Assembly (NCBI GenBank): GCA_965262725.1
Contig: OZ253555.1
Location: forward strand, 992,001 to 1,056,000
Length of the DNA stretch: 64,000 nucleotides
From: Dehalococcoidia bacterium
Lineage (GTDB): Bacteria; Chloroflexota; Dehalococcoidia; UBA2979
Reading direction: 5' to 3'
Positions 9,006 to 18,997 of this stretch are shown here, piece by piece (within the stretch, counting starts at the first letter, position 1; each line of letters opens with the position of its first letter). The notes below the pieces were generated by a model, which was given only the letters and a program-made list of their open reading frames with translations, was not told where the DNA came from and did not search any database. The position numbers and the translations under genes were made by a program.

Positions 9006-10319
9006 GTGCTGCGTCGCCTCCTGCCCGGCGTCTACGAGGGCTGGATCGTCGCCGGCACGGCCGGCTTCCTCTCGATGACGGTGGCGGCCGTCTTCTTCTA
9101 CGGCTTCGGGACGCTCTTCAATCCGATCCGCGAGGAGTTCGGCTGGAGCGCGGCGACCACGGCGCTCGCCTTCTCGCTGCGCGCGGAGGCGCAGGGGACG
9201 GCGGCGCCGCTCGTGGGGATGGCCATCGATCGGGTGGGGCCGCGACGCGTGCTCGTCGTGGGGATCGCGGTCTCGGCGTCGGGTGTGCTGCTGCTCTCCA
9301 TGATGCAGGCGCTCTGGCAGTTCTACGCCACGATGCTCGTGCTCTCCGTGGGGATGGGTGCCGTCGGCGGCCAGGTGGGCATTACGGCAACAGCGACCTG
9401 GTTCCGCCGCAGGCGGGCACGGGCGATCGGCCTGGTGATCCTCGGCCCCGGTTTTGCCGGCCTCTTCGTCGCCGCCGTGGGGGCGCTCGTCGATGGCCTC
9501 GGCTGGCGCGCGGCGCTGCGGCTGCTCTGCGCGATCTTCATCGTGGTCGCCGTCTTCGCCGCGCTCCAGGTGCGCTCGCGCCCGCGCGATCACCCGCAGC
9601 CGCTCGACGGACTGCCCGATGTCGATGGCGGCGAGCAGTCCGTCGCCGCGGGGGCCGAGTGGGGGATGCCCCTGCGGGCGGCGTGGCGCACGCGCGCCTT
9701 CCTCTTCACCTCCTTCGGACAGGGGGCGACGTTCTTCGCCTCGACTGCGGTCATCGTGCACCAGATCCCCTACCTCGAGTCGCTCGGCATCGCCCCGGCG
9801 GTCGCCGCCGCCTCGGTGGCCGCGTTCACGCTCGGATCGATCGGAGGGCGCGTCGGATTCGCGCTCATCGCCGATCGCTACGAGAAGCGCTTCCTGCTTG
9901 CCATCGCCGGTGCCGTGGTGGTGGCGGGGATGCCGCTGCTCGCCGCCGCAGAGGGGCTCATTCAGGCCTCCGTCGCGGTCGGGATCGTCGGCGCCGGCGT
10001 GGGCGGGACGCTGCCGACGAGACCGGCGCTGCTCGCCGACTACTTCGGCACGAGGCACTTCGGCGCCATCCTGGGGCTGGGGATGACGCTGCTCACTCTC
10101 GGCGCGGTCGTGAGCCCGTGGATGGTCGGCTGGCTCGTCGACCGAACCGGCGAGTACACGCTCGGGTGGATCGCGTGCGGGCTCGTCGCCACGCTCGCGA
10201 TCCCGCTGATGCTCTTCGCGTCGCCGCCGGACGTACGGCCCTACCGCCGCGTCGCCACCGGCGGTGCCGCGCCGGGCGGCAGGGAGGAGAGCGCCATGTC
10301 CGGGGACCACCGGCGCTGA
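9006..10319 (+). CDS. MFS transporter
   Basis: About 12 hydrophobic segments; G..IDRVGPRR motif A; DYFGTRHFG. Confidence 0.9.
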   Translation: MLRRLLPGVYEGWIVAGTAGFLSMTVAAVFFYGFGTLFNPIREEFGWSAATTALAFSLRAEAQGTAAPLVGMAIDRVGPRRVLVVGIAVSASGVLLLSMMQALWQFYATMLVLSVGMGAVGGQVGITATATWFRRRRARAIGLVILGPGFAGLFVAAVGALVDGLGWRAALRLLCAIFIVVAVFAALQVRSRPRDHPQPLDGLPDVDGGEQSVAAGAEWGMPLRAAWRTRAFLFTSFGQGATFFASTAVIVHQIPYLESLGIAPAVAAASVAAFTLGSIGGRVGFALIADRYEKRFLLAIAGAVVVAGMPLLAAAEGLIQASVAVGIVGAGVGGTLPTRPALLADYFGTRHFGAILGLGMTLLTLGAVVSPWMVGWLVDRTGEYTLGWIACGLVATLAIPLMLFASPPDVRPYRRVATGGAAPGGREESAMSGDHRR

Positions 10320-10329
10320 CCGCGCTCCC

Positions 10330-11400
10330 TCATCTCGTCTGGTTCTCCATGAGCGGCACGAAGGCGTCGATCGCCCGGTAGAGGTCCTCCTCGCTCTCGA
10401 GCATCCTCCGCTCCCGCTCCTCCGGCGCTGCGTACGAGTCGTGGAGGGGGTAGAGGAGCAGCATGTCGGCGCGCCCCTCGAAGCGCTCTCGCGCCATCTC
10501 CCGGAGTTCGGCCGGCGTCCCGATCAGACAGACCTCCTCGGCCATGCTGTCGGTCACGATCGCCTCCATCGCCGAGCCGTCGATCGGTGCGCCGGACGCC
10601 TGGGCGCGTTCCCACACCGCCCGGATGGCGTCGCGCTCCTGCGACCAGCCGTGGAGTTCCATGAAGCCGCCGTAGGCGCGCGTCGAGTAGTAGTTCGCGA
10701 GGTTGCGCTTCGCCCGCCGGTAGCCCTCCTCGCGCGTCGCGCCGCCCCCGACGACCCACACCATCGGCATCGCGCAGAGCTCGAAGTCGTCCCGCCGCCG
10801 GCCTCCGCGCTCCAGGCCGCGCGAGACTTCCGGCAGCACGACCTCGTCCATCCAGCGGACGCTGAAGATCGGGTGGCCGACCAGGCCGTCCGCCACCTCG
10901 CCCGCGACCCGCAGGTTGAGGGGATTCACTCCGGAGAAGTGGATGGGAGGCGCCGGGACCGCGCGATGCCGAGCCCGGAGGCTGAAGCCGCCGGGCGGAT
11001 CGGCGCTGTAGAACTCGCCCTGGTAACGCCCCTCGGTCATCAGCGCGCGGATTGCCCGGATCATGTCGCGGGCCCGCGCGGCGGGTCGCTGAAGGTCGAC
11101 CCCAGCCATCCGCCGCACCTGCCCCTTCGTCTGCGAACCGAGGCCCAGAACGAAGCGGCCGCCCGACATCTCCTGCAGCGCTATCGCGGTGGAGGCGTGG
11201 AGGTAGGGCGTGCCCTGGAACATCGGGATGATGCCGGTCCCGACGCGTATCCGCTCGGTCGCGTCGATCACGCGCATCGCGCCGATGTAGAAGCCGCCGG
11301 TCGGAAAGAACGCCGAGTCGAGGCCGGCTCGCTCCGCGGCGCGCGCGAGGGGCACCATCTCCGAGGAACGCGTCCCGACAATCTGTATCCCGATGCGCAC
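10330..11400 (-). CDS. LLM-class oxidoreductase, paralog of 6751-7803
   Basis: Shared blocks GSQTKGQVR, FSGVNPLNLR, GKRNLA/AKRNLA, STRAY. Confidence 0.85.
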   Translation of the reverse strand: MRIGIQIVGTRSSEMVPLARAAERAGLDSAFFPTGGFYIGAMRVIDATERIRVGTGIIPMFQGTPYLHASTAIALQEMSGGRFVLGLGSQTKGQVRRMAGVDLQRPAARARDMIRAIRALMTEGRYQGEFYSADPPGGFSLRARHRAVPAPPIHFSGVNPLNLRVAGEVADGLVGHPIFSVRWMDEVVLPEVSRGLERGGRRRDDFELCAMPMVWVVGGGATREEGYRRAKRNLANYYSTRAYGGFMELHGWSQERDAIRAVWERAQASGAPIDGSAMEAIVTDSMAEEVCLIGTPAELREMARERFEGRADMLLLYPLHDSYAAPEERERRMLESEEDLYRAIDAFVPLMENQTR

Positions 11401-11510
11401 CCGAGCCCCCGTTCACCCTCGCCGCCGCCGAACGCTATGTCGGGCCGTCGCCGACCGGGCGGGGTTCCGTTGCGGGCGTCACGCGCCACCGACCCGTGCG
11501 GAGGCCACTC

Positions 11511-12737
11511 CTAGCCGCGGGGCAGGCCCAGACCGCGCGTCGCGATCACGCCGCGCTGGATCTCCGAGCTCCCGGCGGCGATCGTCGCGGGGATGCTGCG
11601 CACGTAGTCATGCGTGAACGACGCCTCCATCGGCGCGAGCGGCTCCTCGGGATCCCACAGGTTCGCGTAGAGCCCGAAGACCTTCATCCCGGTGCGGTCC
11701 ATCCGCTGCCCCGCCTCCGAGCCGAACATCTTCGCGATCGAGGCTTCGTAGTTGGGGACGCCGCCGCTGGACTGAATCGTCACGATGCGCAGCGAGAAGC
11801 CGAGCATCACCTCGGCTTCGACCGCGCGCTCCGCGAGCTCCTGCCGGACGGAGTCGAGCTCGCCGAGGCGCGCCACGGGCCGCCCCGCTCCGGTGGCGTG
11901 GGCCGCGAGACGCCGGATCCGCCGCCGCAGCTCGATCGCGCCGGTGATGTTGGAGCGCTCGTTGTCCAGGAGCGTCATCGCGACGTACCAGCCGCGGTTC
12001 TCCTCGCCGACGATCTGATCCGACGGCACCCGCACGTCCTCGAAGAAGGTCTCGTTGATGTGGTGCCCCCACCCCGCGTCGATGAGAGGACGCACCGAGA
12101 CGCCGGGCGCATTCATCGAGGAGAGCAGCAGCGAGATGCCGCGGTGCTTCGGCGCATCCGGGTCGGTGCGGACGAGCAGCGCGATCCACGAGGCGTAGTG
12201 CCCGAAGGAGGTCCAGATCTTCTGCCCGTTCACGACGTACTCGTCGCCGTCGCGCACCGCCCGTGTCGCGAGCGAGGCGAGGTCGGAGCCGGCCCCCGGC
12301 TCGGAGAAGCCCTGCGCCCAGACCCCCTCACCGCGCAGGATCGAGGGGAGGAATCGCCGCTTCTGCTCGTCGGTCCCGTGCACGATCAGGGTCGGGCCCA
12401 GCATCGAGATGCCGACGTTGCTGCCCACAGGCGGCGCGCCGCCGGCCGCCATCTCGGCCTTGAGGATGTACTGCTCCATCGCGGAGAGACCGCCGCCGCC
12501 GTACTCCGCGGGCCAGTGGGCGGCGACCCAACCCTTGCGCGCGACCGCGGTGAACCACGCGTTCGCCGCGTCGCGCAGGACGGCGTCGTCGGAGGTGGAG
12601 TCCGTCTGCCACGGGAACCCGCTCTCGCGGAGGTCGTGCGTCGCACGCTCGCGGTAATGGTCGGGGAGCTCCTCGTCGATCAGCTGGCGAACCTCAGCGC
12701 GAAAGCGTCCCTGCTCGGTGGTGTCGTCCCAGTCCAT
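11511..12737 (-). CDS. Acyl-CoA dehydrogenase
   Basis: QGFSEPGAGSDLASL, NGQKIWTS, ETFFEDVRVP, AGSSEIQRGVIA. Confidence 0.92.
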   Translation of the reverse strand: MDWDDTTEQGRFRAEVRQLIDEELPDHYRERATHDLRESGFPWQTDSTSDDAVLRDAANAWFTAVARKGWVAAHWPAEYGGGGLSAMEQYILKAEMAAGGAPPVGSNVGISMLGPTLIVHGTDEQKRRFLPSILRGEGVWAQGFSEPGAGSDLASLATRAVRDGDEYVVNGQKIWTSFGHYASWIALLVRTDPDAPKHRGISLLLSSMNAPGVSVRPLIDAGWGHHINETFFEDVRVPSDQIVGEENRGWYVAMTLLDNERSNITGAIELRRRIRRLAAHATGAGRPVARLGELDSVRQELAERAVEAEVMLGFSLRIVTIQSSGGVPNYEASIAKMFGSEAGQRMDRTGMKVFGLYANLWDPEEPLAPMEASFTHDYVRSIPATIAAGSSEIQRGVIATRGLGLPRG

Positions 12738-12896
12738 CTCACGCTCCTGGCTGCGGCGGCGCGGTGGCCGGGGCGCCTGTCGGCACCGTCCCGTGCCCAT
12801 GCGCCGACTATAACGTGCGGCGAAGGTGCCGGTCGCCGGGTGCGGGGCGCGGGGACTACGCTGGCGCCCCGGGGAGGCGTCGCTAGGAGGGCTCCG

Positions 12897-13679
12897 ATGG
12901 CCTACGAGTTCGCGATCTACGAGAGGCGGCCCGCCGAGCACCTGGCCGTCATCACGATGAACCGGCCGGAGGTGATGAACGCGCTCCATCTCCCGGCGAC
13001 GCTCGAGTTCACGGAGATCTGGGACGACTTCGCCGCCGATCCGGATCTGTGGGTCGCGATCCTCACCGGCTCGGGCGAGCGGGCGTTCTCCGCGGGCAAC
13101 GACCTGAAGTACCAGTCGGCCCCCGACGATCCGCCGCGCCCGCCGACGGGATGGGGAGGGCTGCTGACGCGCTTCGACCTCTGGAAGCCGACGATCGCGG
13201 CCGTCAACGGCTGGGCGATGGGCGGGGGGCTCGAGATCGCGCTCGCCTGCGACATCATCATCGCCTCGGAGACCGCGCGTCTGGGGATGCCGGAGGTCCG
13301 CATCGGCGGCGCGCCGAGCGAGAGTGGTGGCGCCCACCGGCTCCCGCGCCAGATCCCCTCGCGCATCGCGATGGGAATGCTTCTCACCGGACGCCCGATC
13401 TCGGCCGCCGAGGCATATCGCGTCGGCCTGGTCAACGAGGTCGTCCCGGCCGATCAGCTGATGGCGGCGGCGGAGCGCTGGGCGGCCGCGATCGCGGAGG
13501 CGTCGCCGCTCGCCGTCCGCGCGGTGAAGGAGGCCGCGCTCTCTGGCGCGGACCTCCCGCTTGAGACGGCGATGGCCGTCGACTACCCGGGGATCGACCG
13601 GCTGCGCGAGTCGGCCGACCGCGTCGAGGGTCGGCGGGCCTTCCGCGAGAAGCGCGAGCCGAGCTGGTCGGGCCGGTAG
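12897..13679 (+). CDS. Enoyl-CoA hydratase/isomerase
   Basis: NRPEVMNAL, AFSAGNDLK, GGGLEIALACD, PE motif. Confidence 0.92.
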   Translation: MAYEFAIYERRPAEHLAVITMNRPEVMNALHLPATLEFTEIWDDFAADPDLWVAILTGSGERAFSAGNDLKYQSAPDDPPRPPTGWGGLLTRFDLWKPTIAAVNGWAMGGGLEIALACDIIIASETARLGMPEVRIGGAPSESGGAHRLPRQIPSRIAMGMLLTGRPISAAEAYRVGLVNEVVPADQLMAAAERWAAAIAEASPLAVRAVKEAALSGADLPLETAMAVDYPGIDRLRESADRVEGRRAFREKREPSWSGR

Positions 13680-13741
13680 CTGGGCGCGCTGCGCCGGCGG
13701 GGCCGCTATGATTCGCACCTGACCGGCGTGAGGGGGCTGAC

Positions 13742-16192
13742 GTGTCGCTCCTCGACGGCCTTCGCGTCATCGACCTGTCGAGCGGGCAGGCCGGCGGGAT
13801 CGCCACGATGGTGCTCGCCGACTACGGCGCCGACGTCATCAAAGTCGAGCGCCCGGGCGGCGATCCGGCGCGTGCCCAGGCCGCGGCCCCGATGTGGCTG
13901 CGGGGCAAGCGCAGCGTCGTCCTCGATCTCCACGAGGGGTCGGCGCGCGCGCAGCTGGCCGAACTCGCCTCCGGGGCCGACGTCGTGTTCGCGAGCTACC
14001 GACCCGGCGTCGCCGATCGCCTCGGCGCCGACTACCAGACGCTCGGTTCTTTCAACCCCTCCCTGATCTACTGCTCGATCACGGGCTTCGGCCCCACCGG
14101 GCCCTATGCCGGCTACCGCGGCTACGAGTCGGTGGTCGCGGCGAAGAGCGGCCGCATGCTGATGTTCGAGGGGCAGGTCGACCGCGACGGCCCCGCCTAC
14201 GCGGCCGTCCCCGTCGGGACGCACGTGGCGGCCCAGTCGGCGATCGCGGCGGTCGTCGCGGCGCTCATAGCCCGCGAGCGGGACGGCCGCGGGCAGCTCG
14301 TGGAGACGAGCCTCCTGCGCGGGATGGTCCCGTTCGAGATGGCGGGGTTGCTCTACTGGCAGCTCCACCGCCGGGATCCGGCGTCCTTCCCCGCGCTCGG
14401 GGAGAGGTCGTTCGGTGCCCCGCCGCGCGTCGGCTTCGATCCCTACCCGGCGCGCGACGGCGGGTGGATCCAGTTCGCGTGCATCGTCGAGCATCTCTTC
14501 GACTCGCTGATGGCCGCGCTCGGACTGACCAAGCAGCGCGCTCGCCTCGGCCTCCTCGGCGCACCGGCGGATCTCGACGCCGAGCGGCTCGAGCGGTTGC
14601 GCGATCTCGTCGCGGCGCGCATCGGCGAGCGCGACGCTGATGAGTGGATGGAGCTCTTCGTCGCGGACGGGAACGTTGCGGCCGATCCCTGGCTGACCAC
14701 GCAGCAGGCCCTCGACCATCCGCAGATCGTGCACAACGGGGAGGTCGTCACGCTCAGGTCCTCCCGGCTTGGGGAGACGCGGCAGCTCGGCCCCCTCGCG
14801 TCGATGCCGGCCACCCCCGCCACACCGGCGGCGTGGTACGCGCTACCCGGCGAGCACCAGAACGCTGACTGGCGCGATCGCACCGCCGTTGCTGTGCCCC
14901 GGGTGCCCACCGATGAGCCCGACGCCACCCCGCCTCTCGACGGGGTGACGGTGCTGGAGTTCGCCTCGGTCGTCGCGGTGCCGTTCGCGACGACGATCCT
15001 CGCCGATCTCGGGGCGCGCGTGATCAAGGTCGAGCCGGTGGAGGGCGACACTTTCCGCGCGGGCGGGAGCCCCGGCGCCGGCACGTCGCGGGGACTCGGA
15101 GCGCTCAAGACGACGGTGGGCAAGGAGAGCATCTGCGTCGATCTGAAGTCGCCGGCGGGGCGCCGGATCGTCGCCGGGCTCGTGGAGCGCGCCGACGTGG
15201 TCGTGCACAATTTCCGCCCGGGCGCCCCCGAGCGCCTCGGCATCGGCTACGAGCAGCTCTCCGTCCGCCATCCGCGACTCGTCTACCTCTCGGCGATGGG
15301 CTACGGGACGGATGGTCCCCACGCGCACAGGCCCACGGCGCACCCGGGACCGGGGGCGCTGCTCGGGGGAGCGCATGCGCAGGCCGGCGGCCGCCTCCCC
15401 CAGCCGCGGGATGCCGACGAGGTGCGCCTTGCCAACGCGCGGCTGATGCAGGCGAATGAGTTCAGCCCGGACCTCAACGCGGGAGCTGTGGTGGCGTCGG
15501 CGGCGCTGCTCGGGCTCTACGCGCTGCGCACGCGCGGGGTCGGGCAGCACATCCGGGTCACAATGCTCGGCGCCAACGCCTACGCGAATGCCGACGACTT
15601 CGTTTCCTACGCGGGGAAGGCGCCCCGCCCGCTGCCCGATTCCGAGATGCTCGGTCTCTCGGCCCTGCATCGCCTCTACCGGAGCGGCGGAACGCGCACG
15701 GAGGGCGGTGCGTGGCTCTTCCTCGCCTGCCCCACGGAGGGTGAGTGGAGCGCGCTCGTTGGCACACCCGGCTTCGAGCGGCTCGCCGCCGATCCGCGCT
15801 TCGCCAGCGCCGAGGGTCGCCGGCGGCACGACGGGGAGCTGGGTGCCGCGCTGGGCACGGTCTTCGCGACGAGGAGCGCCGACGAGTGGGAAGAGCTGCT
15901 GAGCGGGCGCGACGTCGCCTGCGTGCGCGCGGACGGCGGCGTGCCGGGTCTCTTCTGGGAGAGCGATCCCCACGTCCGTTCCACCGGATTGACCGTGGAG
16001 GCGAGTCACCCGCGCTGGGGCGTATATCGCCGCTACCCTCCACTTCAGCACCTCACCAGGACGCCGGAGCGGCCCCGGGGCGGCGTGCTCGGGGGCCAGC
16101 ACGCGCGGGCAATTCTTGGGGAACTCCGCTGGGACGCTTCGGCCGTGGACGGACTCTTCGAGCAGGGCGTCCTCACCGAGCTCGACAGGTAG
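13742..16192 (+). CDS. Fused two-domain class III CoA-transferase
   Basis: Two tandem CaiB/BaiF repeats (LDGLRVIDL...GADVIKVE and LDGVTVLEF...GARVIKVE). Confidence 0.9.
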   Translation: MSLLDGLRVIDLSSGQAGGIATMVLADYGADVIKVERPGGDPARAQAAAPMWLRGKRSVVLDLHEGSARAQLAELASGADVVFASYRPGVADRLGADYQTLGSFNPSLIYCSITGFGPTGPYAGYRGYESVVAAKSGRMLMFEGQVDRDGPAYAAVPVGTHVAAQSAIAAVVAALIARERDGRGQLVETSLLRGMVPFEMAGLLYWQLHRRDPASFPALGERSFGAPPRVGFDPYPARDGGWIQFACIVEHLFDSLMAALGLTKQRARLGLLGAPADLDAERLERLRDLVAARIGERDADEWMELFVADGNVAADPWLTTQQALDHPQIVHNGEVVTLRSSRLGETRQLGPLASMPATPATPAAWYALPGEHQNADWRDRTAVAVPRVPTDEPDATPPLDGVTVLEFASVVAVPFATTILADLGARVIKVEPVEGDTFRAGGSPGAGTSRGLGALKTTVGKESICVDLKSPAGRRIVAGLVERADVVVHNFRPGAPERLGIGYEQLSVRHPRLVYLSAMGYGTDGPHAHRPTAHPGPGALLGGAHAQAGGRLPQPRDADEVRLANARLMQANEFSPDLNAGAVVASAALLGLYALRTRGVGQHIRVTMLGANAYANADDFVSYAGKAPRPLPDSEMLGLSALHRLYRSGGTRTEGGAWLFLACPTEGEWSALVGTPGFERLAADPRFASAEGRRRHDGELGAALGTVFATRSADEWEELLSGRDVACVRADGGVPGLFWESDPHVRSTGLTVEASHPRWGVYRRYPPLQHLTRTPERPRGGVLGGQHARAILGELRWDASAVDGLFEQGVLTELDR

Positions 16193-16211
16193 GGGCGCCG
16201 GCAGGACCGAC

Positions 16212-17735
16212 TCAGGCGCCTAGCACGGCGCGCGTGCCGGACCAGACCGCGGCGCGCGTGCCCAGGCACGCGGCGCCGCGCCCCCAGGCGCTGAGCCGCT
16301 CGTCGAACACGATGCCGGTCTCGACCTCCGCCACGTGGACGCACGGGGCGAACTCGAGGAGCTCTCGTTGCACATCGTGGTAGTGACGCGGCTGCTCCTC
16401 GGCGGGCGCCCCGCGCACCTCCTTGAGGCGCTCGGTCCAGCGGCGATCGCGGAACCACAGGGGATCTCTTAACCCCGCCGGCGGGTCGTAGTCGTGGCCG
16501 AGTTCGTAGCCCGGCTCGTTCACCGCGTGGCTGCACTCGCTCTTGAACCACATCGGCGCGGCGACAGTGTCGGGCGGCGGGCGCAGCAGCCTCACCTCGG
16601 CGTTCACGCCGATCGAGGCGAGCGCCGGCCGCACGATCTCGGCGAAGCGTAGCGACTCCGGCGTCGGATCGATGTAGAGCTCCGTCTCGACGCCCTGCGG
16701 GTAGCCGCTTGCGGCGACGAGGCGCCTCGCCTCGCGCTCGTCGGTCTCGTAGCGCCGGAGATCGGGCGCGTGGAGGCTCGTTGCGCTGCTCACGGGGCCG
16801 TGGCTGCGGCGGCCGTATCCTCCGTAGACATCGCGCAGGATCCGCTCGTAGGGGAGCGCGAGCCTAACCGCCTGCCTCAGCCAGTGGTCATCGAAGGGCG
16901 GCTCCCGGAAGTTGAACTCCAGCGTGGAGTGGTTGTAGCGGGCGCGACGCAGCTCCACGCCCGGACGGCCAGCGAAGCGCGCCAACTCCTCGGGGTAGAG
17001 TCCGAACAGAGCGTTGACGTCGCCGCTCTCGAAGAGCCCGAGTGCCTGCTCGCGGCCGTCCACGCCGAGCTGCACGACGGCATCGAGCCCGGGCCGCCCC
17101 GCCCAGTAGTCCGCGTGCGCTCGGAGCTCGATCACGTCGTCCGTCTGCTCAGCGAGGACGAAGGCGCCGAAGCCGGCCGGGTGCTGCTCCAGCCAGCGCA
17201 CGGCCCATGGATCGTCCTCCGTCGCGTGCGCCCGCGCCTCCACGGCGTCAACGATCAGGTTCGAGGGGAAGACGAGATAGGAGGGAAACTGCGGGTTGGG
17301 CCGGGCCAGCTCGAACGAGACCGTGTAGCGGTCGGTGGCGATGATGGCCTCGGGGCCGGGCAGCCCGCCGATGCGGCGCAGCCGCCATCGCCCCAGCGCC
17401 CGCAGCTCGAGAGATCGCGCGAGCCCCCAACGCACGTCCTCCGACGTCAGCTCGTGTCCGGCGGCGCTGCGCACGCCGGGCCGGATCGAGACGGTCCAGC
17501 GGCGGGCGCCTCGTGAGCCCTCCCAGCGTGTCGCTAGGCGCGGCTCCGGCGCGCCGGTGAGCGGAGTCCACACGCCGTCCGCGTCGGGGGCGATGTGTGG
17601 GAAGGCGAGTGGCTCCCAGATGAGGTGCTGCGTGGGGTTATAGGTCACGCGGTGGCTGTCGTTGTCCCAGCCCTCGCCGGCGATGGGCCGCGCGACGGGG
17701 AAGACCAGCGTCCGGGGCGATGGGGCGAGCGACAT
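16212..17735 (-). CDS. Family 5 (peptide/nickel) solute-binding protein-like, no signal peptide
   Basis: EPRLA..W, GHELTSEDV.W, GFGAF, PPFDD..LRQAV, L..SGYPQG. Confidence 0.8.
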   Translation of the reverse strand: MSLAPSPRTLVFPVARPIAGEGWDNDSHRVTYNPTQHLIWEPLAFPHIAPDADGVWTPLTGAPEPRLATRWEGSRGARRWTVSIRPGVRSAAGHELTSEDVRWGLARSLELRALGRWRLRRIGGLPGPEAIIATDRYTVSFELARPNPQFPSYLVFPSNLIVDAVEARAHATEDDPWAVRWLEQHPAGFGAFVLAEQTDDVIELRAHADYWAGRPGLDAVVQLGVDGREQALGLFESGDVNALFGLYPEELARFAGRPGVELRRARYNHSTLEFNFREPPFDDHWLRQAVRLALPYERILRDVYGGYGRRSHGPVSSATSLHAPDLRRYETDEREARRLVAASGYPQGVETELYIDPTPESLRFAEIVRPALASIGVNAEVRLLRPPPDTVAAPMWFKSECSHAVNEPGYELGHDYDPPAGLRDPLWFRDRRWTERLKEVRGAPAEEQPRHYHDVQRELLEFAPCVHVAEVETGIVFDERLSAWGRGAACLGTRAAVWSGTRAVLGA

Positions 17736-17797
17736 GCGGGACCCTCTCTCGCCGCGCGCTCACGGGTACACACGGTACAGTGCCCGGGGCGGTGACG

Positions 17798-18997
17798 ATG
17801 GTGCGGGCGAGCGCATCCGGGGATCCCGGCAGCGGGCCTCCGTTCGCAGGGCTGCGGATCGTGGAGCTCGGCGGCGCGGTGCCCTCGGCCGCGGCGACGA
17901 AGCGCTTCTCCGATCTCGGCGCCGACGTGGTCAAGGTGGAGCCGCCCGGCGGCGCCCCCCTGCGCCGCCTGCGGCCGTTCCCGGAAGACCGGCCGCACCC
18001 CGAAAGCGGGGCTTTCCACACGGCGCTCGATACCGGGAAGCGCTCGCTGCTGCTCGATACGCGGACGCCGTCCGGTCGGGAGGTGCTACGGCGGCTCGCC
18101 GCAACCGCCGATCTGCTCGTCTCCGATCTCCCGGTCGGTCAGGCGCGCGCCCTCCGGGATCTGCTCGATGACCGGGAGTCCGGACCGAGCATCGTGGCAA
18201 TCACGCCGCACGGCCTGGATGGGCCGTTCGCAGGGCGCCGCGAGAACGACGCGTCGCTCTTCGGCTGGTCGACGCGCGCCTTCAACCAGCGACTCCCCGG
18301 CGTCCCGGATCGCGGTCCGCTCCGCTACGCCCCGTTCCTCGCCGAGGTGCAGGTGGGTGCGACCGCGGCTGCCGTCGCGGCTGCCGTGGTGTGGGCCCGC
18401 CGGCGGGACGGTGTCCGCCGCTTCGTCGATCTCTCGGCGGTCGAGGCGCTCACCGGGAATGTCGACAGCGCGTTCTTCCTCTACGCGATGACGGGGACCG
18501 CCGAGACCTACCCCCGCCCGACGGACACCGGGGCGCGCACGTACCCCTGCCGCGACGGCCACGTGCTCATGCTGCAGGTGGACCGGGAGCCTGCTCGTTC
18601 CCGATTGCGCGTGCTCGTGGGCGCCGGCGGGCCGGGGGAGAGCGGCGACTCCCCGGTCGAGGAGCTGCTGCGGCCGTGGCTGGAGGCCCGGACGAAGCAG
18701 GAGGCCTTCGAGTCGCTGCAGGAGGCCGGCGTGATCGCGGCGCCGATCCTCGACGCCTCCGAGCTGCTCTCGGATCCGCAGGCGGTCGCCCGCGGCTCGT
18801 ACGTGCGTGTGCCGCACCCCACGCTCGGCGAGATGACCATCGCGGGGCCGCCGTTTCGCGTCGCCTCGGGCGACGGGGGAGGCTGGGCGGCGCGCCCTGC
18901 CCCCGCCCTCGGCGCCGATACGGCCGTGCTCCTGAGCGAACTCGGGTATGCGCCGGCAGAGCAGATCGCGCTCGCCCGCGCGGGCGTCGCGCTGTGA
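17798..18997 (+). CDS. Class III CoA-transferase, partner subunit (paralog of 5440-6600)
   Basis: FAGLRIVELG, GADVVKVEPPGG, GKRSLLLD. Confidence 0.9.
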   Translation: MVRASASGDPGSGPPFAGLRIVELGGAVPSAAATKRFSDLGADVVKVEPPGGAPLRRLRPFPEDRPHPESGAFHTALDTGKRSLLLDTRTPSGREVLRRLAATADLLVSDLPVGQARALRDLLDDRESGPSIVAITPHGLDGPFAGRRENDASLFGWSTRAFNQRLPGVPDRGPLRYAPFLAEVQVGATAAAVAAAVVWARRRDGVRRFVDLSAVEALTGNVDSAFFLYAMTGTAETYPRPTDTGARTYPCRDGHVLMLQVDREPARSRLRVLVGAGGPGESGDSPVEELLRPWLEARTKQEAFESLQEAGVIAAPILDASELLSDPQAVARGSYVRVPHPTLGEMTIAGPPFRVASGDGGGWAARPAPALGADTAVLLSELGYAPAEQIALARAGVAL

